DNA of 64,000 nt from positions 5,440,001-5,504,000 of the forward strand of contig OZ240241.1 of the NCBI GenBank assembly GCA_965198115.1, read 5' to 3'. The notes beneath the pieces were generated by a model. It was given only the letters and a program-made list of their open reading frames with translations, was not told the DNA's origin and searched no databases. The position numbers and the translations under genes are program-made. Shown here piece by piece: positions 52,692 through 63,269 of this stretch (position 1 is the stretch's first letter; every line of letters starts with the position of its first letter). Origin of the DNA: Candidatus Latescibacterota bacterium. GTDB lineage: Bacteria; Latescibacterota; UBA2968.

Positions 52692-53977
52692 TCACACGGA
52701 CCCACGTTCCTCAGTGATCTCAGTGCCCTCAGTGGCTGTCTTGTGTTCTCCCGGTTCCGTCAGGGAACCGTGGCGCCGCAACCGAGGCGACACCGCCGCC
52801 ATCGTCAACACGACGCCGATCGTCCCCATCCCGCCGCTCACGACCGAAACCACCGGCCCAAACCAATGGGCGACCACGCCCGACTCCAGGCCACCCAGCT
52901 CGTTCGACGCGCTGATGAAAACGCCCGTCACCGCCGACAAGCGGCCCCGCATCGCGTCCGGCGTCGTCAGCTGGATCAGCGTGTGACGGACGACCATACT
53001 GACGTTGTCGAACAGACCGGTGAAAAACAGCATCGCGAAGGACAGCCAGAAACTTGTCGACAAACCGAACACGATCGTCACCACGCCGAAAGAACCGACC
53101 GCCAGTAGCAGGTTCCGCCCGGCTCGCTTCATTGGTGGCAAGTGCGCGATCAGAAGTGACATACAGAACGCGCCTACCGCCGGCGCCGCCCGCAGCCAGC
53201 CGAACCCTTGGGCCCGACCTTCAGAATGTCCTCGGCGTAGATCGGCAACAGATAGACCGCGCCACCCAGCAGTACGGCGAACATATCCAGGGACATCAAC
53301 GAGAGGACGAGTCGATTGTCCCGAACGAACCTGAGCCCGCCGACCAGAGCCTGGATCGGTGGTTCCGACCCTGCGGCTCCGCCGCCACGAAAAGTCATCG
53401 TCGCAATCAGGACCGCGTAAAGAGCCGAGCTCGCCGCCGCGATGCAAAACGCCAGCGGGACGCTCCACAGAATGACGATACCCCCGATTGCCGGGCCCGT
53501 CATCCACCCGAGCTTCATCATACTCAGGTTCCACGCCACCGCATTCGGGAAAACATCCTGCGGCACGAGCTGAGGCAACAGGGCGGTGCGAGCCGGACGT
53601 CCCAGAATCACGAAAGTCGCATCGAGCACGAGTAATGTGTAAATCCACCCGACAGAACCCGAATAAAGGGACACGGCGGCCAACCCGATGGAGGTTGCCG
53701 TCATTCCGAGCAGACTGATGATCAGGATCGCGCGACGAGAAAACCGATCCGTCAGGTAGCCGGCCGGCAACGCGAAGATCATCGTCGGCGCCGCCTGCGC
53801 AAGTCCCACGAGGCCGAGCGCAAGCGCCTCTCCAGTCAGCTGGTACATCTCCCACGCAATCGCCACACCCTGCATTTGCGTCCCGATCAGCGCGCCAAAC
53901 GAGCCCAACAGATAGCGTCGGTAGTCGGCAATCCTGAACGCTGCGTATGCGTCGTGACGCTCCTGCTGCGCTTCTAT
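52692..53977 (-). pseudogene. MFS transporter (EntS/DHA3-like), frameshift near 53212; apparent start codon reads ATA
   Basis: AFRIADYRRY, ALGLVGLAQ, DRFSRR, SLDMFAVLLGGA, TPDAMRGR, SNELG..ESG. Confidence 0.85.
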
Positions 53978-54089
53978 CTATTTCCTCCAGAGTCAACACG
54001 AGATGCAGCGGTCTTGACCAGGTCTACGCCATCCCACCCATCTGGTATTCTCAGCGTCCTCAGTGGCTGCCTTTGTCTCCCACCGGAAA

Positions 54090-54872
54090 TCACAACTCAG
54101 TCGCCTCGCGATCTTGTCCGAACGTCATCAGATCCAACCGTGTGACACTCACATCGCCCTCGAGAATCGCTGCCGTGTCGGCCCCCGGTGATTCATCCGG
54201 GATCGGAGACTCCATATTGTGCCGATAGACATCGTCATCTTGCTTGAAACAAGACCCGTAAAACACGCGCCCTAGATGCGTCGGTGCCAGTTTCCAATCC
54301 GTCCGGAGTTCAGCTGGAATGTTGACGTTCCAGGTCACGGGCTCTTCCAAGAACCCGGGGCGTATCAGCAGTCGATCGAACAGGTGGCCCAGGACCTCCT
54401 CCGTCTGTCGACGCAATTGCGTCATCTCAACAGATGGAATCTGACGGCTCTCCACCCACGCCCGAAACAGCCCACGCTTCAGCGTCTGTGAAAGCGCGAC
54501 CGCTGGAAGTCCGGCGATGTTCGCCTCCAAACAGGCTCCGACCGTGCCGGAAGACGCGGCGAAACCCAGGCCGGTGTTCGCCCCGATGTTGATGCCCGCC
54601 ACCACCAGGTCCGGCTTCCGATCGCCAAAAAGATGGTAGATACCGAAATTCGAGCAATCTGCGGGTGTTCCGCTGAACGTGCACGCGTCAACGCCATTGA
54701 GCGAGAGAGGCGCTCTGGTCAGCGGATCGAACCGCGTGATCGATTTGCCCTTCCAACTCTGCTCCTCCTTCGGCACGACGACCTTCACGTTTCCCAGCGG
54801 CTTCAGACAATCGATCGCCAGGGGTAGCAGGGGCGAATCGGCACTGTCATCGTTCGTCAACAGGATTTCCAC
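54090..54872 (-). CDS. surE: SurE-family 5'/3'-nucleotidase
   Basis: ILLTNDD, VVVP..EQS, GTPADC, PDLVVAGINIGAN.G....SGTVGA. Confidence 0.85.
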   Translation of the reverse strand: MEILLTNDDSADSPLLPLAIDCLKPLGNVKVVVPKEEQSWKGKSITRFDPLTRAPLSLNGVDACTFSGTPADCSNFGIYHLFGDRKPDLVVAGINIGANTGLGFAASSGTVGACLEANIAGLPAVALSQTLKRGLFRAWVESRQIPSVEMTQLRRQTEEVLGHLFDRLLIRPGFLEEPVTWNVNIPAELRTDWKLAPTHLGRVFYGSCFKQDDDVYRHNMESPIPDESPGADTAAILEGDVSVTRLDLMTFGQDREATEL

Positions 54873-54901
54873 TTCTCTCCCCTACACAGACCAGAACCTT
54901 G

Positions 54902-55011
54902 AACCACGAAATACACGAAAGGGGGATCAACGCCAAACTTGCTTGCCGACAACCGACGTCTGGATCCGCCCCCGGTCTGGTTTGTTCGTGATTTTCGTGT
55001 ATTTCGTGGTT
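54902..55011. repeat. MITE-like element with perfect 19-bp inverted repeats
   Basis: AACCACGAAATACACGAAA (54902-54920) / TTTCGTGTATTTCGTGGTT (54993-55011). Confidence 0.75.
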
Positions 55012-55041
55012 GGTGCTTTTCCCGTGTGTTCTGTGGTTCCA

Positions 55042-56235
55042 TCAGTATCGACCGTGCTGCGACTCGACGGGTGCATCATACACGACTGACAGGTGCGGGG
55101 TCTCCAATCGTTTACCCTCGTGAAGCGACTGGAGGCAACTCTCGAGCATCCCGCATACGATCAGCGTCCGCTCCGCTGGAATCGGTGACGAACCCGTCTC
55201 GAGCATCTCTACGATCTTCTGCACGAGGCAGGCTGAGTAAGTCACGTTGGGCGTCGGTGGCAAAAAGAACTGAGTCGAGACCGGCTCCGACTCTCCCCGC
55301 ACCTGGGCGGCAAAGCAATAGTCCCGGATCGCCCCGTTGAGCATCATCATCGTCGCCCGCAGTCCGTCGCGATACTTGATGAAATACGCTCGGGGTTTCT
55401 CGCACAGCCGCATCAGCTCGCCGGACCCCAAAAGATCCTGTGTCCGCCCGTCCTCGATCGTCAACCCTTGCGGCGAGTCCGCTCGTGACAGCGCCGCCTC
55501 AAACAGCCTCCGCGAAATCCTCCCTGCGCCCAAGGCGTCCCAGACAGCATCCCCTTCGACAAGCTCGACCGCGGCAACACCTTGTTCGCCCGCTCGCTCC
55601 TCGCCCCGTCTCCCGCTCCGCCTTTCAACCATACACTGCATCGCCTCGAGCGTGTGATAGTCCATCGCGTCCGATCCACCGACACCGACCATCACCACAT
55701 CTTCTATCTCGCACCCGAGCGGCAACTCCAGATCGGGCAATCGCCACGTCACCGGAAGCGACGATCCCGACAGGATCGGAAAACCGATCCGATGCCCGTC
55801 CGCCACCATCTCGTCAGCCTTCTCGAAGTTGTAGGAAAGGTGCTTGTCGTTGTAAATCGGAACGGACCGACCATCCGCCTCGAACACCTCGACGCACTGC
55901 TTGAAGAACTCAAACCTCGGGTAGAGCTTCTGCCCCAGCTCGTTCGACGGATACTCGCCGTGCTCGCCGATGATCAACACGCCATCGACGCCCAGTTCAT
56001 TGCCTCCACAGCGCAGGGCTTCCGCGATCGTCGGAAAGATCTCAAAACCGAATTCCCGAGCCCGATCCAGAGCCTGATCGCCTTCGGGGCGCTGGTCGAC
56101 ATAGAGCGACACGACCTTCACGTCGGGTCTGATCCACTCACCACCATACGGATAGCCAACGAACAACCGGTCGATAAAATGCTGCGTATGTTTCAAATAC
56201 GCATAGATCGTCGAAATGACTGCCACCCGCTTCAT
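55042..56235 (-). CDS. Conserved hypothetical protein (oxidoreductase-like), paralog 1
   Basis: Shares VSLYVDQ, DGVL.IGEHG.YP.NE.GQ.LYPR, NDKHLS, GSSLPVTWR, QCMVERR with its neighbour. Confidence 0.8.
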   Translation of the reverse strand: MKRVAVISTIYAYLKHTQHFIDRLFVGYPYGGEWIRPDVKVVSLYVDQRPEGDQALDRAREFGFEIFPTIAEALRCGGNELGVDGVLIIGEHGEYPSNELGQKLYPRFEFFKQCVEVFEADGRSVPIYNDKHLSYNFEKADEMVADGHRIGFPILSGSSLPVTWRLPDLELPLGCEIEDVVMVGVGGSDAMDYHTLEAMQCMVERRSGRRGEERAGEQGVAAVELVEGDAVWDALGAGRISRRLFEAALSRADSPQGLTIEDGRTQDLLGSGELMRLCEKPRAYFIKYRDGLRATMMMLNGAIRDYCFAAQVRGESEPVSTQFFLPPTPNVTYSACLVQKIVEMLETGSSPIPAERTLIVCGMLESCLQSLHEGKRLETPHLSVVYDAPVESQHGRY

Positions 56236-56301
56236 CGCCGCCTCAATTCATAGATTCTAAATTTCCTGATTCCACAATTTCCCAATTTCCTAATGGTTTT
56301 C

Positions 56302-57504
56302 CTAGGTCTGCCAGAACATCGACGCCTCGGGCGCTGTGTATTCGATCCCCAAATGAGGCGTTTCCACTCGCTTCCCATCTTCGAACAAACTGTCCACACC
56401 CGCCGCCGTCAGACCGGTCGTGAGCAGGGTCCGCTCGACTGGATAGGGCGATTCGCCCGTCAGAAACAGCGTTTCGATGTGGTTATTCAGCGGCGTGAAG
56501 AAGTTGGCCAGCGACGTCCTCGCCGGCGGCATCGGCAGATACATTTGCGTCGAGAGTTTCGACCCATCACCCATTCGGGCGGCGAAATTGAAATCCTGAA
56601 CGAGTCCACTCATCAAGCACATCGTCGACCTGAGGCCGTCAGCGTGTGTGTAATGATACGCCACGGGATTCTCCACGAGATCCATCATCTCGTCGATCGT
56701 CGGAAAAACGTGGTTGAACCCGCGGCGGGCGGGCTCGAGCGTGTGACTCCGGGTCAGGGCCGCTTCGAACAGGTCACGGGACCAAACGCCTTTCGCAAAC
56801 GCTTCCCAAAACGTGTCTCCCCGATAGGCTTGAAGCCACGACACACCGGCTTCACCCCCGGATCGTCGCTCCACCATACACTGAAGCGTCTCCAGACCGT
56901 GAAAGTCGTAACTGTCGACACCCCCGCAACAGACACAGACTGCTTCTTCTACCTCGGCTCCGTAAGGGAAGTCGATCTGCGGTGTTCGCCACGTCACCGG
57001 CAACGACGACCCGGCCATCAGACCGAAGCCGAGTTCCTGCGCTGAATCATACATCTCCCGAGCCCAGTCCCAGTTCCAGGACAGGTGCTTGTCGTTGAAC
57101 ACGGGGGCCGACTTGCCCGATTGCCGGAACGCGGAAAGGATCTGCCGATACAGCTCGTAACGCGGGTAGAGGCGCTGACCTTTTTCATTCTGCGGGTAGG
57201 TCCCGTGCTCTCCGATCAGCAGCACGCCATCCACGGCCAGATCGCTCGTACCCAACGTCAGCGCGTCGGCGACCGTGTGAAAGATCCCCATCGTTGGGAA
57301 CCGACTCGCCCGATCGCGAGTCAGATCGCCGTCGGGCGTCTGGTCGACGTAGAGCGACACGACATCCATCTCGGGACGATGGTGACGTCCGTTCCACCCG
57401 TAGCCTTCTAGAAACCGATCGACGATGTGCTGAGTGTGTGAATATTTGCGATATTCCGTCGTGATGGCCGCGATTTTCGGCCTGACTGCTTCGGTCGACA
57501 TCAT
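56302..57504 (-). CDS. Conserved hypothetical protein (oxidoreductase-like), paralog 2
   Basis: Same motif set; start MMSTEAVRPKIAAI after AAAGGA. Confidence 0.8.
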   Translation of the reverse strand: MMSTEAVRPKIAAITTEYRKYSHTQHIVDRFLEGYGWNGRHHRPEMDVVSLYVDQTPDGDLTRDRASRFPTMGIFHTVADALTLGTSDLAVDGVLLIGEHGTYPQNEKGQRLYPRYELYRQILSAFRQSGKSAPVFNDKHLSWNWDWAREMYDSAQELGFGLMAGSSLPVTWRTPQIDFPYGAEVEEAVCVCCGGVDSYDFHGLETLQCMVERRSGGEAGVSWLQAYRGDTFWEAFAKGVWSRDLFEAALTRSHTLEPARRGFNHVFPTIDEMMDLVENPVAYHYTHADGLRSTMCLMSGLVQDFNFAARMGDGSKLSTQMYLPMPPARTSLANFFTPLNNHIETLFLTGESPYPVERTLLTTGLTAAGVDSLFEDGKRVETPHLGIEYTAPEASMFWQT

Positions 57505-57688
57505 TGCGTTTCCTTTCGCGCCTGACGTTTGGCGACGAATGATCTTCTTCACTCGTCGGTTTGTCAAACCTCGACTCCACCAGCCTCCGACACATCGGTA
57601 TCGAAACTCCACGCTATGATTGCGGAGTCCGCTTCAGCAGGCTATCCTGCGATAGCCCACTCACACCGACCTTCTATGTCCGACAACT

Positions 57689-58150
57689 ATGAAACTGGCC
57701 ACACTCGTTTACCTCAAACGTGATGGCAAGACCCTGATGCTCCATCGGGTCAAAAAGGAGAACGACTACCACCGGGGGAAGTACAACGGCCTGGGGGGCA
57801 AGCTCGACGCCTGCGAGTCCCCCGACGAGTGCGCGATTCGCGAGACGCGTGAGGAAAGCGGTTTCGAGCTCGTCGACCCGATTCTCAAAGGCGTCATCAC
57901 GTTCCCCAACTTCGACGGCGTCGACGACTGGTATGTCTTCCTGTTCGTGGGCACTTCTTTCAGTGGCGAGATGATCGACTCACCCGAAGGCAACCTCGAG
58001 TGGATCGATGACGACAAGCTTTCGAAGATCCCGCTCTGGGAGGGCGACTACATCTTCCTGCCGTGGCTTAACGGCGACCGGTTCTTCTCCGCAAAATTCA
58101 ACTACGACAAAGGCCGCTACATCGACCATACCGTCACGTTTCACACTTGA
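57689..58150 (+). CDS. MutT/MutX-like 8-oxo-dGTP diphosphatase
   Basis: MLHRVKKEND, GLGGKL..ESP.ECAIRE.REESG, EGNLEW, LWEGD..FL. Confidence 0.88.
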   Translation: MKLATLVYLKRDGKTLMLHRVKKENDYHRGKYNGLGGKLDACESPDECAIRETREESGFELVDPILKGVITFPNFDGVDDWYVFLFVGTSFSGEMIDSPEGNLEWIDDDKLSKIPLWEGDYIFLPWLNGDRFFSAKFNYDKGRYIDHTVTFHT

Positions 58151-58332
58151 AAAGACACGAAGCCTACCACGGAGAACACGGAGAGGTCGGTGGAAAAGCT
58201 GAGCGACACAGGCCCTATCGGGAAGAAGGTTACGGGGAAGACCGGAGCGAACAAAGCTGCCACGCGTTTTCTCTGCAATGCAGCTTATCTCCTCTGCGTC
58301 CTCAAACGATCCCTGCGTTGAAAGGTTTTCGG

Positions 58333-58997
58333 ATGGATATAGACAACATCAGACAGGCGATCGGTTCGGTTCGCTCGTTCTACGAAGAGCAGGGCATTTT
58401 CATGAAACAGTTCGGCTACGGCGAGCGGCCGGCGATGGTCATCATCGATATGGCTTACGGATGGACCGACCCCGAATATGCCACGGGTTCGGCTCGGCTC
58501 GACGAAGCGGTCGAGGGCATCCAGTCCCTGTTGCCGGTCGCACGCGCCAAGCACATCCCCATCATCTACACCACCTATCCGCCACCCCGCGGTGAAGAAG
58601 AACCGATGCACACGACGGATGGCGCCAAACAGCAGTATCGCGTCTGGGACCCACACGCGTGCGAAATCGATCATCGGCTGGCCCCGCTTCCGGCCGACCT
58701 CATCATCTACAAAGAGAATGCCAGCGCCTTCTTCAACACAGCCCTCATCACCTACCTGACCGAGCATCACATCGACACCTCATCATCACCGGCTGTTCCA
58801 CCAGCGCCTGCGTCCGGGCAACCGCTACGGATGCCCGTGCCTATCGCTTCAAAGCCATCGTGCCCCGAGAGTGCGTTCAGGATCGCGCCGCGGCCGCACA
58901 CGAGTGGAACCTCCTCGACATCGACGCCAAGTTCGGCGACGTCGTCAGCCGCGACGATGTCATCTCCTACCTCCAGGGCCTTCCCGACCGGGCCTAA
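58333..58997 (+). pseudogene. Isochorismatase-family amidase, frameshift near 58778
   Basis: GERPAMVIID, K..ASAFF, then IITGCSTSACVRATATDA, DIDAKFGDV. Confidence 0.85.
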
Positions 58998-59149
58998 AGC
59001 GAGCGAATTCCCACGCAACAGGCTGTTTTGTTTACATTTGTTCCGCTTCTACCTCGATAGTGTTTCCCTGAGTCTTTCTAAACCACCGTCAGCCCGGGAA
59101 AACGCGTTCGTGTTTTTCGTGTATTTCGTGGTAATCCTTTGAGGTTCAC

Positions 59150-60976
59150 TTGAGTCAGCAAGCATCACACATCCGCAACATCGCCATCATTGCGCACGTC
59201 GATCACGGCAAGACGACGCTCGTCGACGGGATGCTCCATCAGACGAACGTCTTTCGCGCCAATCAGCAGGTCGGAGAACGCGTGCTCGACTCGAACGACC
59301 TCGAGCGCGAACGTGGTATCACCATCACGGCCAAGAACACGGCCATCCTCTACAAAGACACGACGATCAATCTGGTCGATACACCCGGTCACGCCGACTT
59401 TGGAAGCGAGGTCGAGCGCATCCTTAATATGGTCGATGGCGTGCTCCTCCTCGTCGACGCCGTCGAGGGGCCAATGCCGCAAACCCGTTTTGTCCTCCGG
59501 CACGCCCTCCAGCGAGGACTCAAAGCCATCCTCGTCGTCAACAAGATCGATCGCCCATACGCCCGGCCGGATTGGGTCGTCAACGAAACCTTCGACCTGT
59601 TCATCGAACTCGGCGCAACCGATGAGCAGGCCGATTTTCCGGTTCTCTACACGCACGCCGTCGAGGGGAGGGCTGGCCACGAACCCGGAGACCTCGCCAA
59701 CGATCTGGGCCCGCTATTCGAAACGATCCTCCGCCGCATACCGTCCCCCGTCATCGACGCCGAGGCGCCCGCCAGGTTGCTTGTGACGACGCTCAATTAC
59801 AGCAGCTATGTCGGCAAGATCGCGATCGGTCGCCTGTCCAGCGGGGTCCTCAGACCGGGACAGCCGATCGTCCTCATCGCCGACGGCCGGCCCAGACCCG
59901 GTCGCGTCGGCGAAGTCTTCACCTTCCGCAACCTCCAACGCGAAACACAAGACGCTGTCTATGCCGGCAGCATCGTCGCCGTTTCCGGCGTCGAAGACGT
60001 TTCTATCGGCGACACCATCGCCGCACCCGAAGATCCCCGCCCGCTTCCCCGCATCGAAGTCGAGCAGCCAACCGTGCGGATGACCTTCAGCGCGAACACC
60101 AGCCCGTTCTCCGGGCGATCGGGCAAATATCTCACGAGCCGCCAGATTCGGGAACGGCTGATGAGAGAACTCGAGAGCAATGTGGCTTTGCGCGTGGAGG
60201 AAACGGAAGCGGCGGGCGAGTGGGTCGTCTCCGGCCGAGGCGAACTTCACCTGGCCATCTTGATCGAAACGATGCGTCGCGAGGGCTACGAGTTTTCGGT
60301 CAGCCAGCCCGAGGTCATCTACCGGGAAGGCGATCGCGGTCAGCGATGTGAACCGTTCGAAGAAGTCTACATCGAAGTTCCAACCGAATGCGTCGGCCCC
60401 GTCACCGAAATGGTCAACCGCCGCAAGGGGCGACTGACGAACACGCGCCACGGCGACGATGGAACGGTCCACAGCACCTACATCGTTCCCACCCGGGGGA
60501 TGCTCGGTTTTCGACAGCCCTTTTTGACTTCAACGCGAGGCAACGGCATCTTTCACAGCGTCTTTAACGAGTACGACGACTACGCGGGGCCCATCGAATC
60601 GAGCGAGTTCGGTTCGCTCGTGTCCCAGGACACGGGCGTGGCCACGTCCTACGCGCTCACGAATCTGCAACAGCGAGGCACCTTTTTCGTGCCACCCGGC
60701 GCGGATGTCTACAACGGACAGGTCATCGGCCAGCACATTCGAAACGGCGACCTCACGATCAACGTCTGCCGTCAGAAGGTTGGGACCGGCCATCGTGCCA
60801 AACCGACCAAAGACGCCGAGCACCTGGCCCCGCACCGAATAATGTCTCTCGACGATGCCATTGAGTATCTCCGAGCCGATGACCTCCTCGAAGTCACTCC
60901 AGACGCCCTCCGAATCCGAAAGAAAGAGCTTCGTCACGACATCCGTGAAAAGGCTACAAAACGCTCCGAAGTGTGA
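59150..60976 (+). CDS. typA: Translational GTPase TypA/BipA
   Basis: [54 protein letters not shown]...RIRK. Confidence 0.96.
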   Translation: MSQQASHIRNIAIIAHVDHGKTTLVDGMLHQTNVFRANQQVGERVLDSNDLERERGITITAKNTAILYKDTTINLVDTPGHADFGSEVERILNMVDGVLLLVDAVEGPMPQTRFVLRHALQRGLKAILVVNKIDRPYARPDWVVNETFDLFIELGATDEQADFPVLYTHAVEGRAGHEPGDLANDLGPLFETILRRIPSPVIDAEAPARLLVTTLNYSSYVGKIAIGRLSSGVLRPGQPIVLIADGRPRPGRVGEVFTFRNLQRETQDAVYAGSIVAVSGVEDVSIGDTIAAPEDPRPLPRIEVEQPTVRMTFSANTSPFSGRSGKYLTSRQIRERLMRELESNVALRVEETEAAGEWVVSGRGELHLAILIETMRREGYEFSVSQPEVIYREGDRGQRCEPFEEVYIEVPTECVGPVTEMVNRRKGRLTNTRHGDDGTVHSTYIVPTRGMLGFRQPFLTSTRGNGIFHSVFNEYDDYAGPIESSEFGSLVSQDTGVATSYALTNLQQRGTFFVPPGADVYNGQVIGQHIRNGDLTINVCRQKVGTGHRAKPTKDAEHLAPHRIMSLDDAIEYLRADDLLEVTPDALRIRKKELRHDIREKATKRSEV

Positions 60977-61085
60977 CCTCCGTCGTTTGTTTCCTTCCTC
61001 GAATCGCCTATTTTACAAGCCGTAGACTCGTGTCCGCGCCCCCCAAACCGTCCCGGGCACCCCACTCGCAGAATCTTCGGAATCT

Positions 61086-63137
61086 ATGATCCGGCTGGCC
61101 GCGAACCTGTCCGTAATCCTGTTGTTGCTCCTTTTCACCCAACAGGGCCACACCGAAGTAACTCTTCTGGCGGAGGGCGAGTATCGGCTTGGTGACTCAC
61201 CGCAAACGCCCGAGGCCGGCCTCGCATGGCTCTCGGCCGAGCTGAACAGTCCGGAGTGGCGACCTTTCCAAATCGTCAACGGTCACTCGTCGGATGGATT
61301 CGACCACGCCTGGCGCCGATTCCGGCTTCCCGCACTGAGCATCGAAAACCCCACGCTCTATCTGTCTGACTGGCCAGCCTTCGAAGCCTACCTGGATGGC
61401 GACTTGATCTACAGGTCGGGGGAGCAGCGGGCGAGTCCCCAAAACAAGGTGATGCACCACGCCTGGCATCTCGTCTCGCTTCCCCCCGATTTCGGCGGCA
61501 AGACGATCTATTTCAGGGTCTACTCGGAATACGACCACTGGCTCGAACATCCCGGCGGTCTGTCTATCGCCCCGCAGTCCGAACACTTCCTCGAAATGGT
61601 GCGGAGCGAGCTCGCGCAGACGGTCGTCAGCGCCTTTCTCCTCCTCATCGGGATTGCCTGCGTTTACATCTATGTCCGGCGTGGGGAACCCGCCGCACGA
61701 TCGCTCGCGATCCTCTCAGGATGCGTCGGGCTGTTTTCGATTATGCACACCGACATCGCGTGGATGGTTTTCGAACCCTCGATCGTTACCTGGTATGTCG
61801 AACACATACCTCTGTTCGTATTTCCTGTTGGACTCTGGCTCTTCCTGAACGATCTCGTCCAGGGCAACTGTCCGATCATGAAGAAGCTGGCTCTGGTCCA
61901 AGTGGCCTTCGCCGCCAGTGCGATTTTGCTCGACGTCGCGAACGTCTACCCGATGATCATGACCACACCCTATCTGGTCCTGCTTTCGTTGAGCCTCGCG
62001 GTCAGTGGGATCTGCACGTTCTGGCATCTTTATCAAACTCAAAGTCCGACCGAAGCCCATACGCAGGACAGAAAGCTCCTCCTCGTCGGCTATGGGCTTC
62101 TTGCTGCCGGAGGCACTCACGACCTGTTGGCTGGATTCCGAGTGATTCCGTTCATCCTTCCGCTTTTCCACTTTGGAGTGCTCGGATTCGTCATCTTCCT
62201 GGCCATCATCCTGGAACGTCATTTTGCCCGGGCGCACGACCGACTTCAGGACTACTCGACTCAGCTCGAGGAGGCCAACCGTACTCTGGAGCACAGAGTC
62301 GATGAGCGGACGGCCGATCTCGCGACCAAGAACCACGATCTTCAAAAGGCGATGGGTGACCTGCGAGACACGCAGCAACAGCTCGTGATGCGCGAGAAAA
62401 TGGCTTCGCTGGGCGATCTCGTCGCGGGCGTCGCGCACGAGGTCAACACGCCGATTGGCGCCGTCAACAGCTCGGCCGACGTCGCAAATCGATGCATCGA
62501 AAAGCTCGAAGGCGTCATAGATCAGAGCAGGGCGGCCGACGAACTCAAATCCCAACGGCCCTACCAGCAGGCGATCCAGCTTCTCAAGGATAACGCGGGC
62601 CTCATCCAGTCAGCGGGTGAACGCATTGCCACGATCGTACGCAGCCTCCGTAGCTTCGCCCGCTTGGACGAGGCCGAATACCAATCCGCCAACATCCACC
62701 TCGGACTCGACAGTACCCTCGACCTCGTCAACCACGAACTCAAGAATCGGATCGAAGTCGTCAAGGAATACGGCGATCTGCCGATGATCGACTGCTTTCC
62801 CAACAAACTCAACCAAGTCTTTATGAACCTGTTGATCAACGCATCGCAGGCGATCGAAGAGACGGGCACGATCACGCTGTCGACCGAGCACGACGGAGAC
62901 GAAATCGTCATCCTGATATCCGACACGGGTAAAGGCATCTCAGCGGAAAACCTTGAAAAAATCTTCGACCCCGGCTTCACAACGAAGGGCGTTGGGATCG
63001 GTACCGGACTCGGACTCGCCATCAGCTACGCGATCATAGAGGATCACAGGGGGAGCATTTCCGCCGACAGTCGCCTCGGCCAGGGTACCACTTTTACGAT
63101 CAGACTGCCGGTTCACGGAGAAGAGCAGGATCGTTAG
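61086..63137 (+). CDS. Membrane sensor histidine kinase (extracellular beta domain + 7TM-DISM-like + HisKA/HATPase)
   Basis: Signal peptide, about 7 TM helices, EKMASLG.LVAGVAHEVNTP, NQVFMNLL.NA, FTTK.VG.GTGLGL. Confidence 0.9.
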   Translation: MIRLAANLSVILLLLLFTQQGHTEVTLLAEGEYRLGDSPQTPEAGLAWLSAELNSPEWRPFQIVNGHSSDGFDHAWRRFRLPALSIENPTLYLSDWPAFEAYLDGDLIYRSGEQRASPQNKVMHHAWHLVSLPPDFGGKTIYFRVYSEYDHWLEHPGGLSIAPQSEHFLEMVRSELAQTVVSAFLLLIGIACVYIYVRRGEPAARSLAILSGCVGLFSIMHTDIAWMVFEPSIVTWYVEHIPLFVFPVGLWLFLNDLVQGNCPIMKKLALVQVAFAASAILLDVANVYPMIMTTPYLVLLSLSLAVSGICTFWHLYQTQSPTEAHTQDRKLLLVGYGLLAAGGTHDLLAGFRVIPFILPLFHFGVLGFVIFLAIILERHFARAHDRLQDYSTQLEEANRTLEHRVDERTADLATKNHDLQKAMGDLRDTQQQLVMREKMASLGDLVAGVAHEVNTPIGAVNSSADVANRCIEKLEGVIDQSRAADELKSQRPYQQAIQLLKDNAGLIQSAGERIATIVRSLRSFARLDEAEYQSANIHLGLDSTLDLVNHELKNRIEVVKEYGDLPMIDCFPNKLNQVFMNLLINASQAIEETGTITLSTEHDGDEIVILISDTGKGISAENLEKIFDPGFTTKGVGIGTGLGLAISYAIIEDHRGSISADSRLGQGTTFTIRLPVHGEEQDR

Positions 63138-63269
63138 CCGTTTTCCGTTGCCGTTTCACTGCGAACTGACTTCGGGTCTCCCTCCGTGAGCAATTCTTTT
63201 CGGATAACGGCCAACGGATCACGGACAACATCACTGATGCCTCAAAATTCCCTAATTCCCTAATCCTCA

